From Candidatus Micrarchaeota archaeon (GTDB lineage Archaea; Micrarchaeota; Micrarchaeia; Anstonellales; Bilamarchaeaceae): a DNA stretch of 64,000 nucleotides. Below the pieces are notes generated by a model. It made no database searches. It was given only the letters and a program-made list of their open reading frames with translations, and had not been told where the DNA came from. Within the stretch, counting starts at the first letter, position 1. Each line of letters starts with the position of its first letter. The position numbers and the translations under genes were made by a program. Shown one piece after another: positions 1 to 8,957 of the stretch. Location of the stretch: the NCBI GenBank assembly GCA_016212525.1, contig JACRGD010000005.1:90304-154303 (forward strand), read 5' to 3'.

Positions 1-2
1 TT

Positions 3-641
3 CCTGATAAGAATAGACTAAAAAGTCCTGACCTATTAGTAAAAGACCCGCGAGGAGTATATTTAGCTGTGGAGGTCAAACAGAAAACAAAACTTAACAA
101 TCGGATCAAGAAGATCAAAAACTTTGGTTTAAATTCATTTGACGAATTCTCAAAGCTTGGTTATGATATGGATCTTAGATTGACCGAAGCATTTCACCTA
201 CAAAAAGATCTCGACAATCTCTTTCCAACGCTAATAAATTTTGTTAAACAAAAACTATCCGAAGGCCAATTAAGTGGCTCGGACCAGTCTAATCTTATCA
301 TTTGGGTTGCAAAGAAGAGAATTCCCACAACTGAAGGTCATCACACCTTGAGAACTATCAATTATCCTTATATAAAATATTGGTCTCGAGATAAACCAAT
401 TCTTGAAGAAGCACATGCACAAATAGCAAGTATGATGAAAACAAATCCTCGAGTTAAGCTTGGGGTGATCGTATTGGATCTATGTCATCTAGATTTTGAT
501 GTTAATGATGCAATTGATACTATAAATAATTGGAGAAAAACAAAAAAGAATTTGATGATCTTGATTCTACTTCATTCTGGTTTTCAGTACAAAAACCGCA
601 CTAGTTTTAGCGATGATTTTTTTACTGTGACTGGTCGTTAA
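3..641 (+). CDS. PD-(D/E)XK nuclease-like protein, 5' end outside the window
   Basis: Frame is open from base 3 and reads PDKNRLKSPDLLVKDPRGVYLAVEVKQ, a PD..(x)n..EVK motif typical of restriction-endonuclease-fold proteins. Confidence 0.5.
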   Translation, partial: PDKNRLKSPDLLVKDPRGVYLAVEVKQKTKLNNRIKKIKNFGLNSFDEFSKLGYDMDLRLTEAFHLQKDLDNLFPTLINFVKQKLSEGQLSGSDQSNLIIWVAKKRIPTTEGHHTLRTINYPYIKYWSRDKPILEEAHAQIASMMKTNPRVKLGVIVLDLCHLDFDVNDAIDTINNWRKTKKNLMILILLHSGFQYKNRTSFSDDFFTVTGR

Positions 642-661
642 TATTCATTTTTCTAACCCCT

Positions 662-988
662 CTACCAGATCCTCAATCCACTGCTTGTCAGAACTATTAT
701 GAGTAAATAAAGTGGAGCACAGCAAATTATTCCTATGAAGTCTTGTAGTTGTAGTCCGGCCTTACAGATTCCCCCTACATAGCCGGTTGCGGTTCCAGCC
801 TGACAACTAAAGTGAATTATCGCTAAAATGATTCCTATGCAAATTAGGCTTGTTACTGCCCAGCCAATCCCGCCTTTCTCCTTTTCGATTATAATCGGAC
901 GCTGCGGAGCGGACTTTTCAGATTTGTCATCATCCATCTCGTACTCGCCCTCTCCGTTCTTTTTCATCCGCTTTGTCTTTACTTCCAT
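662..988 (-). CDS. Small membrane protein, hypothetical
   Basis: 108-aa ORF with a charged N-terminus and 2-3 hydrophobic helices; overlaps the stop of the upstream gene. Confidence 0.6.
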   Translation of the reverse strand: MEVKTKRMKKNGEGEYEMDDDKSEKSAPQRPIIIEKEKGGIGWAVTSLICIGIILAIIHFSCQAGTATGYVGGICKAGLQLQDFIGIICCAPLYLLIIVLTSSGLRIW

Positions 989-1671
989 GTCTGATCTCCT
1001 GCACTAATCCTTAAATTCTCTTGCTGTTTTCCAAACTGCTCGACTATTTGCTTTGCATTTGGGTGAAATATTCTTGCTGCTCTTGATAAAAATGTGTCGA
1101 TTTCAAAGTAATCCCCGATGTTCTTATCCGTAGCATATCGTATGTTGTATATCTTTTCCAAGTTTGGCTGTTTTCCAGCTGTTGCTTCGATTTCATCTGG
1201 CTCTTTGGCATATTGTTCTAAAGTATATTTTCCAAATATGCTTTTGTAATTTGAAATTATACAAATTCTCTTGTTGGTCGTTGCTACTGAGTAATTCTCA
1301 GGATTTCTTTTTCCTCCTTCGATGTAGCATTTTCGAAGTTCGCTAACGATAACTTCGCCAGATGCCAGTTTGACCTCGCTCATCATTTCTATTTTGGTAT
1401 TTTCATCTATTGTGCTATTGTTGTCGAGTTCGGTCTTTTCTTTTATTCGTTGTTCTTTGCTACCCCAACTTCCGCCTACTACGTATATTATTATTGCTAC
1501 AAACAAAAGTCCTATTGAGATCATTTGAAGTGTGCCTACGTTTATCCCCGTCATGTTCGAAATCGGTTCGGCTATCAAAGATGGGCTTCCGTGCTTGCCT
1601 GGTAGCATTAGGGCCAATGGTAGGACTGCTAGTAATAGGAAAGCCAAGTCGATTATTGTTCTAATCTTCAT
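979..1671 (-). CDS. Membrane protein with two N-terminal TM helices and a soluble C-terminal domain, hypothetical
   Basis: 230-aa ORF with two hydrophobic segments; the C-terminal region (VATTNKRICII) is loosely PH-fold-like. Confidence 0.6.
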   Translation of the reverse strand: MKIRTIIDLAFLLLAVLPLALMLPGKHGSPSLIAEPISNMTGINVGTLQMISIGLLFVAIIIYVVGGSWGSKEQRIKEKTELDNNSTIDENTKIEMMSEVKLASGEVIVSELRKCYIEGGKRNPENYSVATTNKRICIISNYKSIFGKYTLEQYAKEPDEIEATAGKQPNLEKIYNIRYATDKNIGDYFEIDTFLSRAARIFHPNAKQIVEQFGKQQENLRISAGDQTWK

Positions 1672-1704
1672 GATTTCATGTAGTTCGATTGCTCTTTAAT
1701 ATCT

Positions 1705-1880
1705 GTCGAAAATCATATTCTTTGTCAACTACCGACCATTGAAATGGTCGGCTTGTAACTGTTCTCCTTGCAGATGCAATTCATGGGACGTTAGATCGAT
1801 AAATCCTTCACTTCTTGTCTCTGGTTGGTTGACAACCAACCTGTCAAACTCAGTTTTACCAAGCTTGGCGATGTTTCTAG
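1705..1880 (-). ncRNA. Putative omega/reRNA of TnpB (scaffold overlapping the tnpB 3' end, guide from flanking DNA)
   Basis: Established IS605 architecture. Scaffold ends at the right-end TTGAC (1724); predicted guide AAAGAATATGATTTTCGAC. The 5' boundary is a guess. Confidence 0.5.
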
Positions 1881-3030
1881 CAGCATTTAAGTCTGCATTC
1901 AGTTCAAACTTGCACTTTTTGCATTTGAATCTACTTAGTAATCTATTGGTCTTTTCACAGTGACCGCAGTTTGAACAGGTTTGACTCGTGTATTTTGGAT
2001 TCACACACAAAACTGTCTTTCCAAGAGCCACACTTTTATATCTCAAAAAATTCTCAAACTGCTTAAAAGACCAATTTCCAAGTTTTCGATTGAATGTCTT
2101 GCCTTTATTCTGTTTCATCTTTTTCAGATCTTCAAGCGCAAATACTTTGTAACTAGACTCTGCAAGTGCCTTGCTGAGTCTATGATTAATATCAGAGACA
2201 AACCGTTTTTCCCTACCACTAAGACCTTTCAATTTTTGTCTAGCACTTGGGGTGCCTTTGCTCTGCAACACCTGCCTCAGGTGCTGGTATCTGCCTTTTA
2301 CATCTTTTAGATGATTGGAATTGAAGAACTGATTATTTGAACAAACGACGATGTTGTTAATGCCCCTATCAATTCCCAGAACGTCATTCTCTTGGATTTG
2401 TTGTATTGTAGGTGCATCTTTCTCAACTACTAAATTCAGGTATAGTTTATTTTCTCGGTAGCACAAAGTGCCTGCAACTGGAGACCAGTCTAAGTATTTT
2501 TCTATCTGGGGATTTTTCGAAAACTTAAGCTTGAGCCTGCCTGCAATAGATGAAATCGAAATTGATCCATGCAGTAAATTTACTCGCAAATTCCTTTTAT
2601 CCAACCTTAGAAAAGACCTCTTCTTTGCTTTAATTCCTTTTTTTAGTTTTGTTGCCTTCAATGCTTCGGATGCAACATCCCTAACAGTCTGCAAAAGTGC
2701 AGAAGGGAAAGTTGGATATTTCTTGCGGAGTTTTTTGTAGGTGAGCTTGTGCAATTCATTTTTGTTATATGTTTTCTTTGAGTAGCCAATTTTCAAGATT
2801 TCACGATAGATTTCGTTAGCAATATCTATGGTTTGCAGGAGAAAATTATTAGTGTGAAGTTTGATCCTAATTGTTCTTTGCATGAATCTTAGAATCCGGG
2901 CTAGTTTAAATATTTAGACAGACGTCATTTCCGCGGAACTAACTACGAAAGGATGCAAATTCATCTCACAAGACTTCGCGATCTGAAGATCGCTCTTCGA
3001 ATTGATGAGTTTTCTTTGCCGAAAACAATT
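1724..3030 (-). mobile_element. IS200/IS605-family element carrying tnpB only (IS1341-like)
   Basis: Right end on the minus strand: hairpin CCGACCAT-TTCA-ATGGTCGG then TAGTTGAC ending at 1724. Left-end structured region GCAAATTCATCTC...GATGAGTTTTCTTTGC at about 2955-3019. No tnpA. The left boundary is approximate. Confidence 0.75.
1729..2883 (-). CDS. tnpB: RNA-guided endonuclease TnpB
   Basis: RuvC-I GIDRG, RuvC-II ALEDL, zinc ribbon CSNC/CKKC, RuvC-III NADLNAARNI, and TSQTC motif; 384 aa. Confidence 0.93.
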   Translation of the reverse strand: MQRTIRIKLHTNNFLLQTIDIANEIYREILKIGYSKKTYNKNELHKLTYKKLRKKYPTFPSALLQTVRDVASEALKATKLKKGIKAKKRSFLRLDKRNLRVNLLHGSISISSIAGRLKLKFSKNPQIEKYLDWSPVAGTLCYRENKLYLNLVVEKDAPTIQQIQENDVLGIDRGINNIVVCSNNQFFNSNHLKDVKGRYQHLRQVLQSKGTPSARQKLKGLSGREKRFVSDINHRLSKALAESSYKVFALEDLKKMKQNKGKTFNRKLGNWSFKQFENFLRYKSVALGKTVLCVNPKYTSQTCSNCGHCEKTNRLLSRFKCKKCKFELNADLNAARNIAKLGKTEFDRLVVNQPETRSEGFIDLTSHELHLQGEQLQADHFNGR

Positions 3031-3129
3031 ATAAATCTGTTCTTCCATTGTTAGTGTGCTGAGAGAAACAAACTTACTATTTTCTCAATAATACTTAATC
3101 GAGAAATCCTCGAGAGATGAGGTAATCAA

Positions 3130-3771
3130 ATGGATAAAAAGATAATTTTACCCGGAGCTAAAATCTCCGATGGAAGATTGAATATCCCAAACACTTATTC
3201 CGATGGTACTGCAACCTATGCAGCAGTTATCGGAACTATGGATGGCGCTGGCCACTACCTGCCACTTGAAACCCGATACCGGGCTTATGTGGGTGATGTA
3301 GTTATCGGCGTAGTTGTCGATTCAATCCATGCGGGATATCGTGTGGCGCTTAATCTGCCCCAAAGTGGTTTCATACCCACAAGGAACATAAAAATCGACC
3401 TTCAATTGGGCGATTTCGTTCTCTGCAAGATCCGCTCTGTAAGTGAGGTCGGTGATGTGGATTTGGGTGAAGTCAGACGACTTCCAAGAGGAAAATTAAT
3501 CAAATTCCCCTCTGCCAAAGTCCCTCGATTGATCGGACGAAAGAGCAGCATGCTTATGCTCCTTAAGACCTATGCCGGTGGCGACTTAATGGTCGGCAAC
3601 AACGGCTATGTATGGCTTAGCGACAAAAGCAACATTCCGCTCCTGTTAAAGGCAATTTCTCACATCGAAAGAAAGGCTCACAAATCGGGTCTTACTGATG
3701 AGATTGCAAATTTGTTAAAAGAAGAAACCGGACTCGATTTACCGGTTCCTCAAGGTGAAACATATGAGTAG
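3130..3771 (+). CDS. rrp4: Exosome RNA-binding subunit Rrp4 (S1+KH)
   Basis: YVGDVVIGVV S1 motif, KVPRLIGRKSSM and VGNNGYVWL KH motifs; first gene of the exosome operon. Confidence 0.92.
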   Translation: MDKKIILPGAKISDGRLNIPNTYSDGTATYAAVIGTMDGAGHYLPLETRYRAYVGDVVIGVVVDSIHAGYRVALNLPQSGFIPTRNIKIDLQLGDFVLCKIRSVSEVGDVDLGEVRRLPRGKLIKFPSAKVPRLIGRKSSMLMLLKTYAGGDLMVGNNGYVWLSDKSNIPLLLKAISHIERKAHKSGLTDEIANLLKEETGLDLPVPQGETYE

Positions 3772-4510
3772 CAGTATTAGTGACGTTCAATTAATTGTGG
3801 ATGGAAAGCGACTTGACGGTCGAACTGAAAACGAACTCCGGCCAATTAGAATGGAAGTCGGTGTTATTCCCGAGGCTGACGGTTCCGCCTTTATCGAATG
3901 GGGAGGCAATAAAATTATCTGCGGTGTCTACGGTCCACGTGAATGTGTTCCAAAGCACGATGCAAGTCCCTATCATGCGGTAGTCAAATGCCGATACATG
4001 ATGTCTCCTTTTGCCTCTCTTGATGAGCACAGCAAAAGCGGTCCATCAAGGCGAAGCGTTGAGCTCTCCAAAGTCATCCGGGAAGTTTTCGAAAACCTCA
4101 TCAAAACCGAGGCATTCCCAAATACGCAGATCGATATCTTCATCGATGTCCTTCAGGCCGAGGGAGGAACCCGTACTGCTTCAATTACTGTTGCGGCATT
4201 GGCCCTTGCAAATGCAGGAATCCCAATGAAAGATATGGTTTCCTCAGTTGCAGTCGGAAAAGGAGGAAATGTCCTTTTGGTCGACTTGGGAAAAGCAGAA
4301 GACAATTTCGGTCAGTCCGATATGCCTCTTGCGATCTCGAACCGGGACAAATCAATAATGTTACTCCAGATGGACGGTCTGCTAACTAAAGAAGAAATTG
4401 TCCAGATTCTGGAAATGGCAACTGGCGCGTGCGATGTTTTGCACGAGAAACAGTCTGCAGCTCTTTTGAAATTCTATGAAGAGGGCGAGCAGGACGATTT
4501 AAACTTGTAA
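3764..4510 (+). CDS. rrp41: Exosome catalytic subunit Rrp41
   Basis: RLDGR..ELRPI, ADGSAFIEWG, GPRE, RRSVELS, QAEGGTRTA, ED..GQSDMP RNase PH motifs. Confidence 0.95.
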   Translation: MSSSISDVQLIVDGKRLDGRTENELRPIRMEVGVIPEADGSAFIEWGGNKIICGVYGPRECVPKHDASPYHAVVKCRYMMSPFASLDEHSKSGPSRRSVELSKVIREVFENLIKTEAFPNTQIDIFIDVLQAEGGTRTASITVAALALANAGIPMKDMVSSVAVGKGGNVLLVDLGKAEDNFGQSDMPLAISNRDKSIMLLQMDGLLTKEEIVQILEMATGACDVLHEKQSAALLKFYEEGEQDDLNL

Positions 4511-4523
4511 AGAGGTCTTGATT

Positions 4524-5321
4524 ATGGGAGAAGAAACAAGAGACATTATACTTTCTAATATTCGAAGAGATATTTTGGTCGATACTTTGGCCAAAGGCAG
4601 CCGATTTGACGGCCGGGCATTTGATCAATATCGGCCAGTCAAGGTCCGAAAAGGCGTTCTTGATACTGCAGAGGGTTCTGCACTGGCCGAAGTTGGTCAG
4701 ACTCGCGTGCTTGCTGCAGTTAAGTTCGACGTGGTAAAGCCATTTTCCGATCGTCCTACTGAAGGTGTGTTCGTTACAAATGCAGAATTGCTTCCGTTGG
4801 CATCGCCAACTTTCGAGCCAGGTCCGCCAGATGAAAACTGCATCGAGCTTGCCCGTGTTGTCGATCGTACTATTCGCAGCACTGAGTGTGTAAATGTCAA
4901 AGAATTCTACTTGGAGCCAGAGAAGGTATTGGGTCTTTATGTCGATTTATATGTCCTTAACCACTCTGGAAACTACACTGACGCTTCTACTCTTGCGGCA
5001 ACTGCTGCTCTTATGAATGCAAAAATTCCAAAATACGAAGATGGAAAATTAATTCGTGGTGAATATTCTGGTCCTCTTAATCTTCGTGGTGGTCTTCCGG
5101 TAACTTGTCATATGATAAAGGTCGGAAACTACTGGCTTGTCGATCCATCTAGGGATGAGGAATTGGTTGCTGAAACTGTTCTTTCTATTGGAAACACCGA
5201 TACTCATGTCTGCACTTTGCAGAAGGGTAAAGGTTCTTTGTCTAAGGATGAACTCTTAAGCAACATAGACATAGCATTTAAAAGGGGAAATGATCTAAGA
5301 TATATCTTGCAAAAAGACTAA
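4524..5321 (+). CDS. rrp42: Exosome subunit Rrp42
   Basis: RFDGRAFDQYR, AEGSA, FEPGPPDENCIELARVVDR motifs. Confidence 0.95.
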   Translation: MGEETRDIILSNIRRDILVDTLAKGSRFDGRAFDQYRPVKVRKGVLDTAEGSALAEVGQTRVLAAVKFDVVKPFSDRPTEGVFVTNAELLPLASPTFEPGPPDENCIELARVVDRTIRSTECVNVKEFYLEPEKVLGLYVDLYVLNHSGNYTDASTLAATAALMNAKIPKYEDGKLIRGEYSGPLNLRGGLPVTCHMIKVGNYWLVDPSRDEELVAETVLSIGNTDTHVCTLQKGKGSLSKDELLSNIDIAFKRGNDLRYILQKD

Positions 5322-5346
5322 AAAATTAAAAAAAGGTTAGATTTTA

Positions 5347-5580
5347 ATGAGATCTGCAAAATTTGGTGCTTCAATACGAAAACTTTTCAGCGCAGCTGTA
5401 AAGTCACAAAATACTAAGTATGAGTGTCCTCACTGCCACAAAATCAAGATAAATCGCGTGAGTACTTCTGTCTGGAAATGCAAATCCTGCGACGCTATGT
5501 TTGCCGGTGGCGCATATTCCTTTACAACCGAGGCTGGTGAAATTTCAGCCCGTTTGGTTTCTGAATACGCAAGGAGTTAA
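5347..5580 (+). CDS. rpl37ae: 50S ribosomal protein L37Ae (eL43)
   Basis: KFGASIRK, CPHC, WKCKSC, FAGGAY; canonical operon position. Confidence 0.95.
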   Translation: MRSAKFGASIRKLFSAAVKSQNTKYECPHCHKIKINRVSTSVWKCKSCDAMFAGGAYSFTTEAGEISARLVSEYARS

Positions 5581-5585
5581 TTTCA

Positions 5586-5720
5586 ATGGCACAATACATT
5601 GATCTTAAGACTGGTACTGTTCTGACTGTCGAGGGAGAAAAATTCTCTTTCCCAACTACTGGTGCAAACATCCTTCTTAAGCCAAGACCTCCAATTGCAA
5701 AGGAAGTCCGAGCAGATTAG
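5586..5720 (+). CDS. rpoP: RNA polymerase subunit P (Rpo12), cysteine-free variant; missing from the ORF track
   Basis: 44-aa ORF MAQYIDLKTGTVLTVEGEKFSFPTTGANILLKPRPPIAKEVRAD. The C-terminus matches RpoP (ILxKxRPP..K.V.A), and the gene lies between rpl37ae and Brix as expected. Confidence 0.85.
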   Translation: MAQYIDLKTGTVLTVEGEKFSFPTTGANILLKPRPPIAKEVRAD

Positions 5721-5757
5721 TTTTTTCTTATTTTTATCTCTATTTTTGGGCTTAGAA

Positions 5758-6006
5758 ATGTATACTACAAGCAGATATTCCTCTTCTTCTGCAAGGTCTT
5801 TTGCTAAAAAAACTGCACTTGAAAATGGCGAACTTTATGTCGCCCGGGGCAAGAAGACTATCTTTAGGCTTGTTTTCCTTGCCCGCAAGATGGGTGAAGA
5901 GTTTATTGCGGTTGTGGAAGATGGATCCAATGAATCTTTTAATATCTCTTTGATAAAAGTTAATCCGGACGGGGGTTGGAACTGGTGCGATACAAAAGTC
6001 AAATGA
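5758..6006 (+). CDS. Short Brix-domain ribosome biogenesis protein
   Basis: MYTTSRYSS..ARSFAK..YVARGKKT matches the archaeal Brix/Imp4 N-terminus; operon position. Start moved to ATG 5758. Confidence 0.75.
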   Translation: MYTTSRYSSSSARSFAKKTALENGELYVARGKKTIFRLVFLARKMGEEFIAVVEDGSNESFNISLIKVNPDGGWNWCDTKVK

Positions 6007-6242
6007 CTGTCTCTTTTGAAAGCGAGTCTTCTGCCAAAGCTGCGCTTACTGCCATTAGCCACGAGGGCGAGATTGAGGGTAATGTTCGATCTAAGCTTAA
6101 ATTCTCACAAAAGGGTGTTGATTTGCATATTTCTGCCGATGCTACTGATTCCGTGTCGCTACGTGCCGCTCTTAACTCGGTCCTTAGGATTCTGAGCTCT
6201 ATCGAACAAATCGAAAAAGATATTAATAGTGGTCATGAATAA
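6003..6242 (+). CDS. pcc1: KEOPS complex subunit Pcc1
   Basis: ISADATDSVSLRAALNSVLR matches Pcc1; position before prefoldin beta. Confidence 0.85.
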   Translation: MTVSFESESSAKAALTAISHEGEIEGNVRSKLKFSQKGVDLHISADATDSVSLRAALNSVLRILSSIEQIEKDINSGHE

Positions 6243-6272
6243 TACTATTACTCATTTTGAGGTGCTATTTAA

Positions 6273-6623
6273 ATGGTAAAAAGAGATGAAGATCTGAATC
6301 GAAGCTTAATGGAATACGAAAACATGGAAAAACAGCTCGAAGTCCTGTTGATCCAGAAACACCAGCTCGAGATTCAGCGAAGCGAAATCCGACATGCTGT
6401 CGATGCTCTTAAGGGCGCAACTGGCGATGTATATCGATCCGTTGGAACTGTTCTGATTCACACTACTAAAGATACTGCAGAAAAAGACCTTAAAGAAAAG
6501 GAAGAACTTTTGGAAGTCAAAGTCAACGCTCTTGCGAAACAGGAAGAACGACTTAGGTCTACTGTAATGGATCAGCAGAAGAAACTACAGGAACGACTTA
6601 AGGACTATAGTAAACCTAGCTAA
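6273..6623 (+). CDS. pfdB: Prefoldin beta subunit
   Basis: Coiled coil - VYRSVGTVLI hairpin - coiled coil; 116 aa. Confidence 0.92.
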   Translation: MVKRDEDLNRSLMEYENMEKQLEVLLIQKHQLEIQRSEIRHAVDALKGATGDVYRSVGTVLIHTTKDTAEKDLKEKEELLEVKVNALAKQEERLRSTVMDQQKKLQERLKDYSKPS

Positions 6624-6779
6624 CTAGCTAAACGCAACGCTTGTGTTTAACTATCCTTTTCTCTCTTTTCTATTATATTTTCTACTCTTCTGATTTCGAT
6701 TTATTCTTTTCGAACTTAGTTTTATGTCAATTTCAATCGAAACACAAACCTTGTTAATGTTAGTTCATATTAACTTTTT

Positions 6780-7739
6780 ATGACTCTCGACTCCAACATT
6801 ACGATTTTCAAAAATTTCCTCAAAAAATATGGCAATAAGCGAATCGCAGTAGTTACTCACAACAAAGCCGATGTCGATGCCCTCTCATCCGCATTCGCCC
6901 TTAGTTCTGTTCTGCCAAACAGTATCATCTGCACTGACGAGGACATGAAAAACGGTGCCGATGCTCTGTGCGAGCGCCTTAAGATCAAGGTTCACTCTCT
7001 TCCTGATTTCGAGCAGTTCAAAGATGAATTTGCCGGAATTATCGTTACTGATACTGGCGCATATACTATGTGTCCGGCAACCCGAGACTGGAAAATCCTA
7101 TGCATCGTAGATCATCATCAGGCATCGGGTCGGGACATGAAAGCTGAGTTCGAGATCTTCGATGACAAATCCCCATCCGCGGCAGAAATAGTTGCAAATC
7201 TTATCGATCCAAAACAGAAAGATGTTTGCTTCGCCTTAAGTGTCGGAATCATTGCCGATGGTGCCCGGTTCAAGAGTGCCCGGCAGCAGACCTTTGAAAC
7301 TTTGGGCCGATTAATGAAAATTGCCGATGCTCCTTATGGTGAATTGCTTTCGTACGCTGAGCCAGAGCCCAAGCCCGAAGCCAAGGCTGCGATCCTTAGT
7401 TGTCTAAGTAAATCTAAGTCGGTCTATGTAAATGATTATTTTGTGGCTACTAGCGAAACTATCAGCAACGAGAGCGATGCTGCATCTGCCCTTACTGAAG
7501 CTGCTGATGTTGCCTTTGTTGCCAAATGGAATGATGAATTTCAGGAGACCCGGGTTGGTGCCCGGGCAAGAAGAATGGTTAGCGTTCCTATGAACGAAGT
7601 TATGTCTCTTGCAGCTAAATCTACTGGCGGCTCTGGTGGCGGGCACCCCAAAGCAGCCGGCGGAGCGTTTAAATGCCATACTCAGGAAGCATTGGAAAAA
7701 TGCATTGAGACTTTTGAAAAACTAAGCAGAACTACCTAA
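6780..7739 (+). CDS. DHH/DHHA1 phosphoesterase (NrnA-like)
   Basis: H..ADVDA, TDT, VDHH, GGGHPKAAG motifs. Confidence 0.88.
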   Translation: MTLDSNITIFKNFLKKYGNKRIAVVTHNKADVDALSSAFALSSVLPNSIICTDEDMKNGADALCERLKIKVHSLPDFEQFKDEFAGIIVTDTGAYTMCPATRDWKILCIVDHHQASGRDMKAEFEIFDDKSPSAAEIVANLIDPKQKDVCFALSVGIIADGARFKSARQQTFETLGRLMKIADAPYGELLSYAEPEPKPEAKAAILSCLSKSKSVYVNDYFVATSETISNESDAASALTEAADVAFVAKWNDEFQETRVGARARRMVSVPMNEVMSLAAKSTGGSGGGHPKAAGGAFKCHTQEALEKCIETFEKLSRTT

Positions 7740-7754
7740 GCTCGAGGTTTTATC

Positions 7755-8039
7755 ATGTCTTTGAGTTTAATCCTTCGGTCTTTTTTCTTGTTGATCTTGA
7801 TAGTTCTATCTTTTGGTTGCGTGGAAGTGCGACCTGTTGGTTCCTATGAAAAAGCCTGCTATTTGGGAGGTGGAACCTGGAATATGTTTCCCCCTAACTG
7901 TGGTGGTGATGTTTGTGTTGATCCGAATTTAACTGGAAAAGGATTTGGTATTTGTAACCTAATGGTTACTCCTAGTTGCGATTGTGGGCCTACTATGTGC
8001 TGGTCTGAAACTCAGGATAAGTGTATTCCTAATCCTTAG
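7755..8039 (+). CDS. Small Cys-rich secreted protein or lipoprotein
   Basis: Signal peptide ending LSFGC followed by 8 further Cys in about 70 aa. Confidence 0.6.
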   Translation: MSLSLILRSFFLLILIVLSFGCVEVRPVGSYEKACYLGGGTWNMFPPNCGGDVCVDPNLTGKGFGICNLMVTPSCDCGPTMCWSETQDKCIPNP

Positions 8040-8047
8040 GTTTTAAT

Positions 8048-8425
8048 ATGAACTTCAACTCAACGGAACTATCTCGTTCGATGTGGATCATTGTTGCATC
8101 TTTGTTGTTACTTGTTGCAATCTCTATTTTCGCTCCTTCAAACTATGTTTATTGCGGTTCATGCACTCAAAATGCTAAGAACTGTGAATGCACTCTATTT
8201 CACGTTTATTTTATTTTTGTCTATCTTTCCTTCCCCTTCCTATTTGGTCTGATTTACTATTATCTCAAGGCTAAGCCTTCATTGGTGTCAATGCTGATTG
8301 TCTGCATCATTTTATTTCTATTCTCAATACTTGCCCTCTTCCTCACCTTCTTTTTCCTAAATCTGGTTCAATCTGCACTCGGTTCTGGTCTTTGGTTTTA
8401 TAAAAAAGATGTTTTGATTATCTAA
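8048..8425 (+). CDS. Small membrane protein with a Cys-rich loop
   Basis: Three hydrophobic helices; loop CGSC..NCEC. Confidence 0.55.
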   Translation: MNFNSTELSRSMWIIVASLLLLVAISIFAPSNYVYCGSCTQNAKNCECTLFHVYFIFVYLSFPFLFGLIYYYLKAKPSLVSMLIVCIILFLFSILALFLTFFFLNLVQSALGSGLWFYKKDVLII

Positions 8426-8434
8426 TTCTTACTC

Positions 8435-8860
8435 TTAACTGCCTGCTCCATAGTACCAATACAATGCTTCCTGAATGCCGCTTCCATAAAGTAGAATCCA
8501 TATTCCCAATATTCCCAAGATGCTACTGACTATGAGTGCGATGTTGAATACCGCTAAATTTTGTAAATTGATTTTCTTTCCTCTGAAATAATGCCAATTT
8601 GCTACTAGAAATGCAGCGCTTATCCAGATTAGTGGATTATACTGTGTTGATCGTTTTATGTATGTTCTGGTTACCATACACGTAAGTCCAGGAGCAGATC
8701 CTAAAGGTCCCTCGCTTTCGGGATAAAAATCCGGATTCATGACTTCGCATCCAGTATATGTGATAGTTTTGATTGGAAATATGACGTATGAAATAACTAT
8801 TGTGCAGGCTGCCAAAATGACGCTTAATGCGAATCGAGGCCAATCGATATCGATATTCAT
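8435..8860 (-). CDS. Small membrane protein
   Basis: Three hydrophobic helices with a two-Cys loop after the first. Confidence 0.55.
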   Translation of the reverse strand: MNIDIDWPRFALSVILAACTIVISYVIFPIKTITYTGCEVMNPDFYPESEGPLGSAPGLTCMVTRTYIKRSTQYNPLIWISAAFLVANWHYFRGKKINLQNLAVFNIALIVSSILGILGIWILLYGSGIQEALYWYYGAGS

Positions 8861-8957
8861 GTATATTCAGTTCCTGTTTGCTGTATTAACCTTTTCGGAT
8901 TGGTTTTTATCCTTTCTTTTCCTAATCTCTCTATCTGATTATCTTAGGTGTGGCTTC

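Noticed and set aside
1729..2883. TnpB as a Cas12f/Cas14 CRISPR effector
   Set aside because: No repeat-spacer array or cas genes are visible in the window, and IS605-type ends flank the gene.
8739..8957. N-terminal extensions in the ORF track for purA (also 24969, 26953, 35449, 53206, 5662, 5976)
   Set aside because: They overlap neighbouring genes or promoters; family-consistent starts lie downstream.
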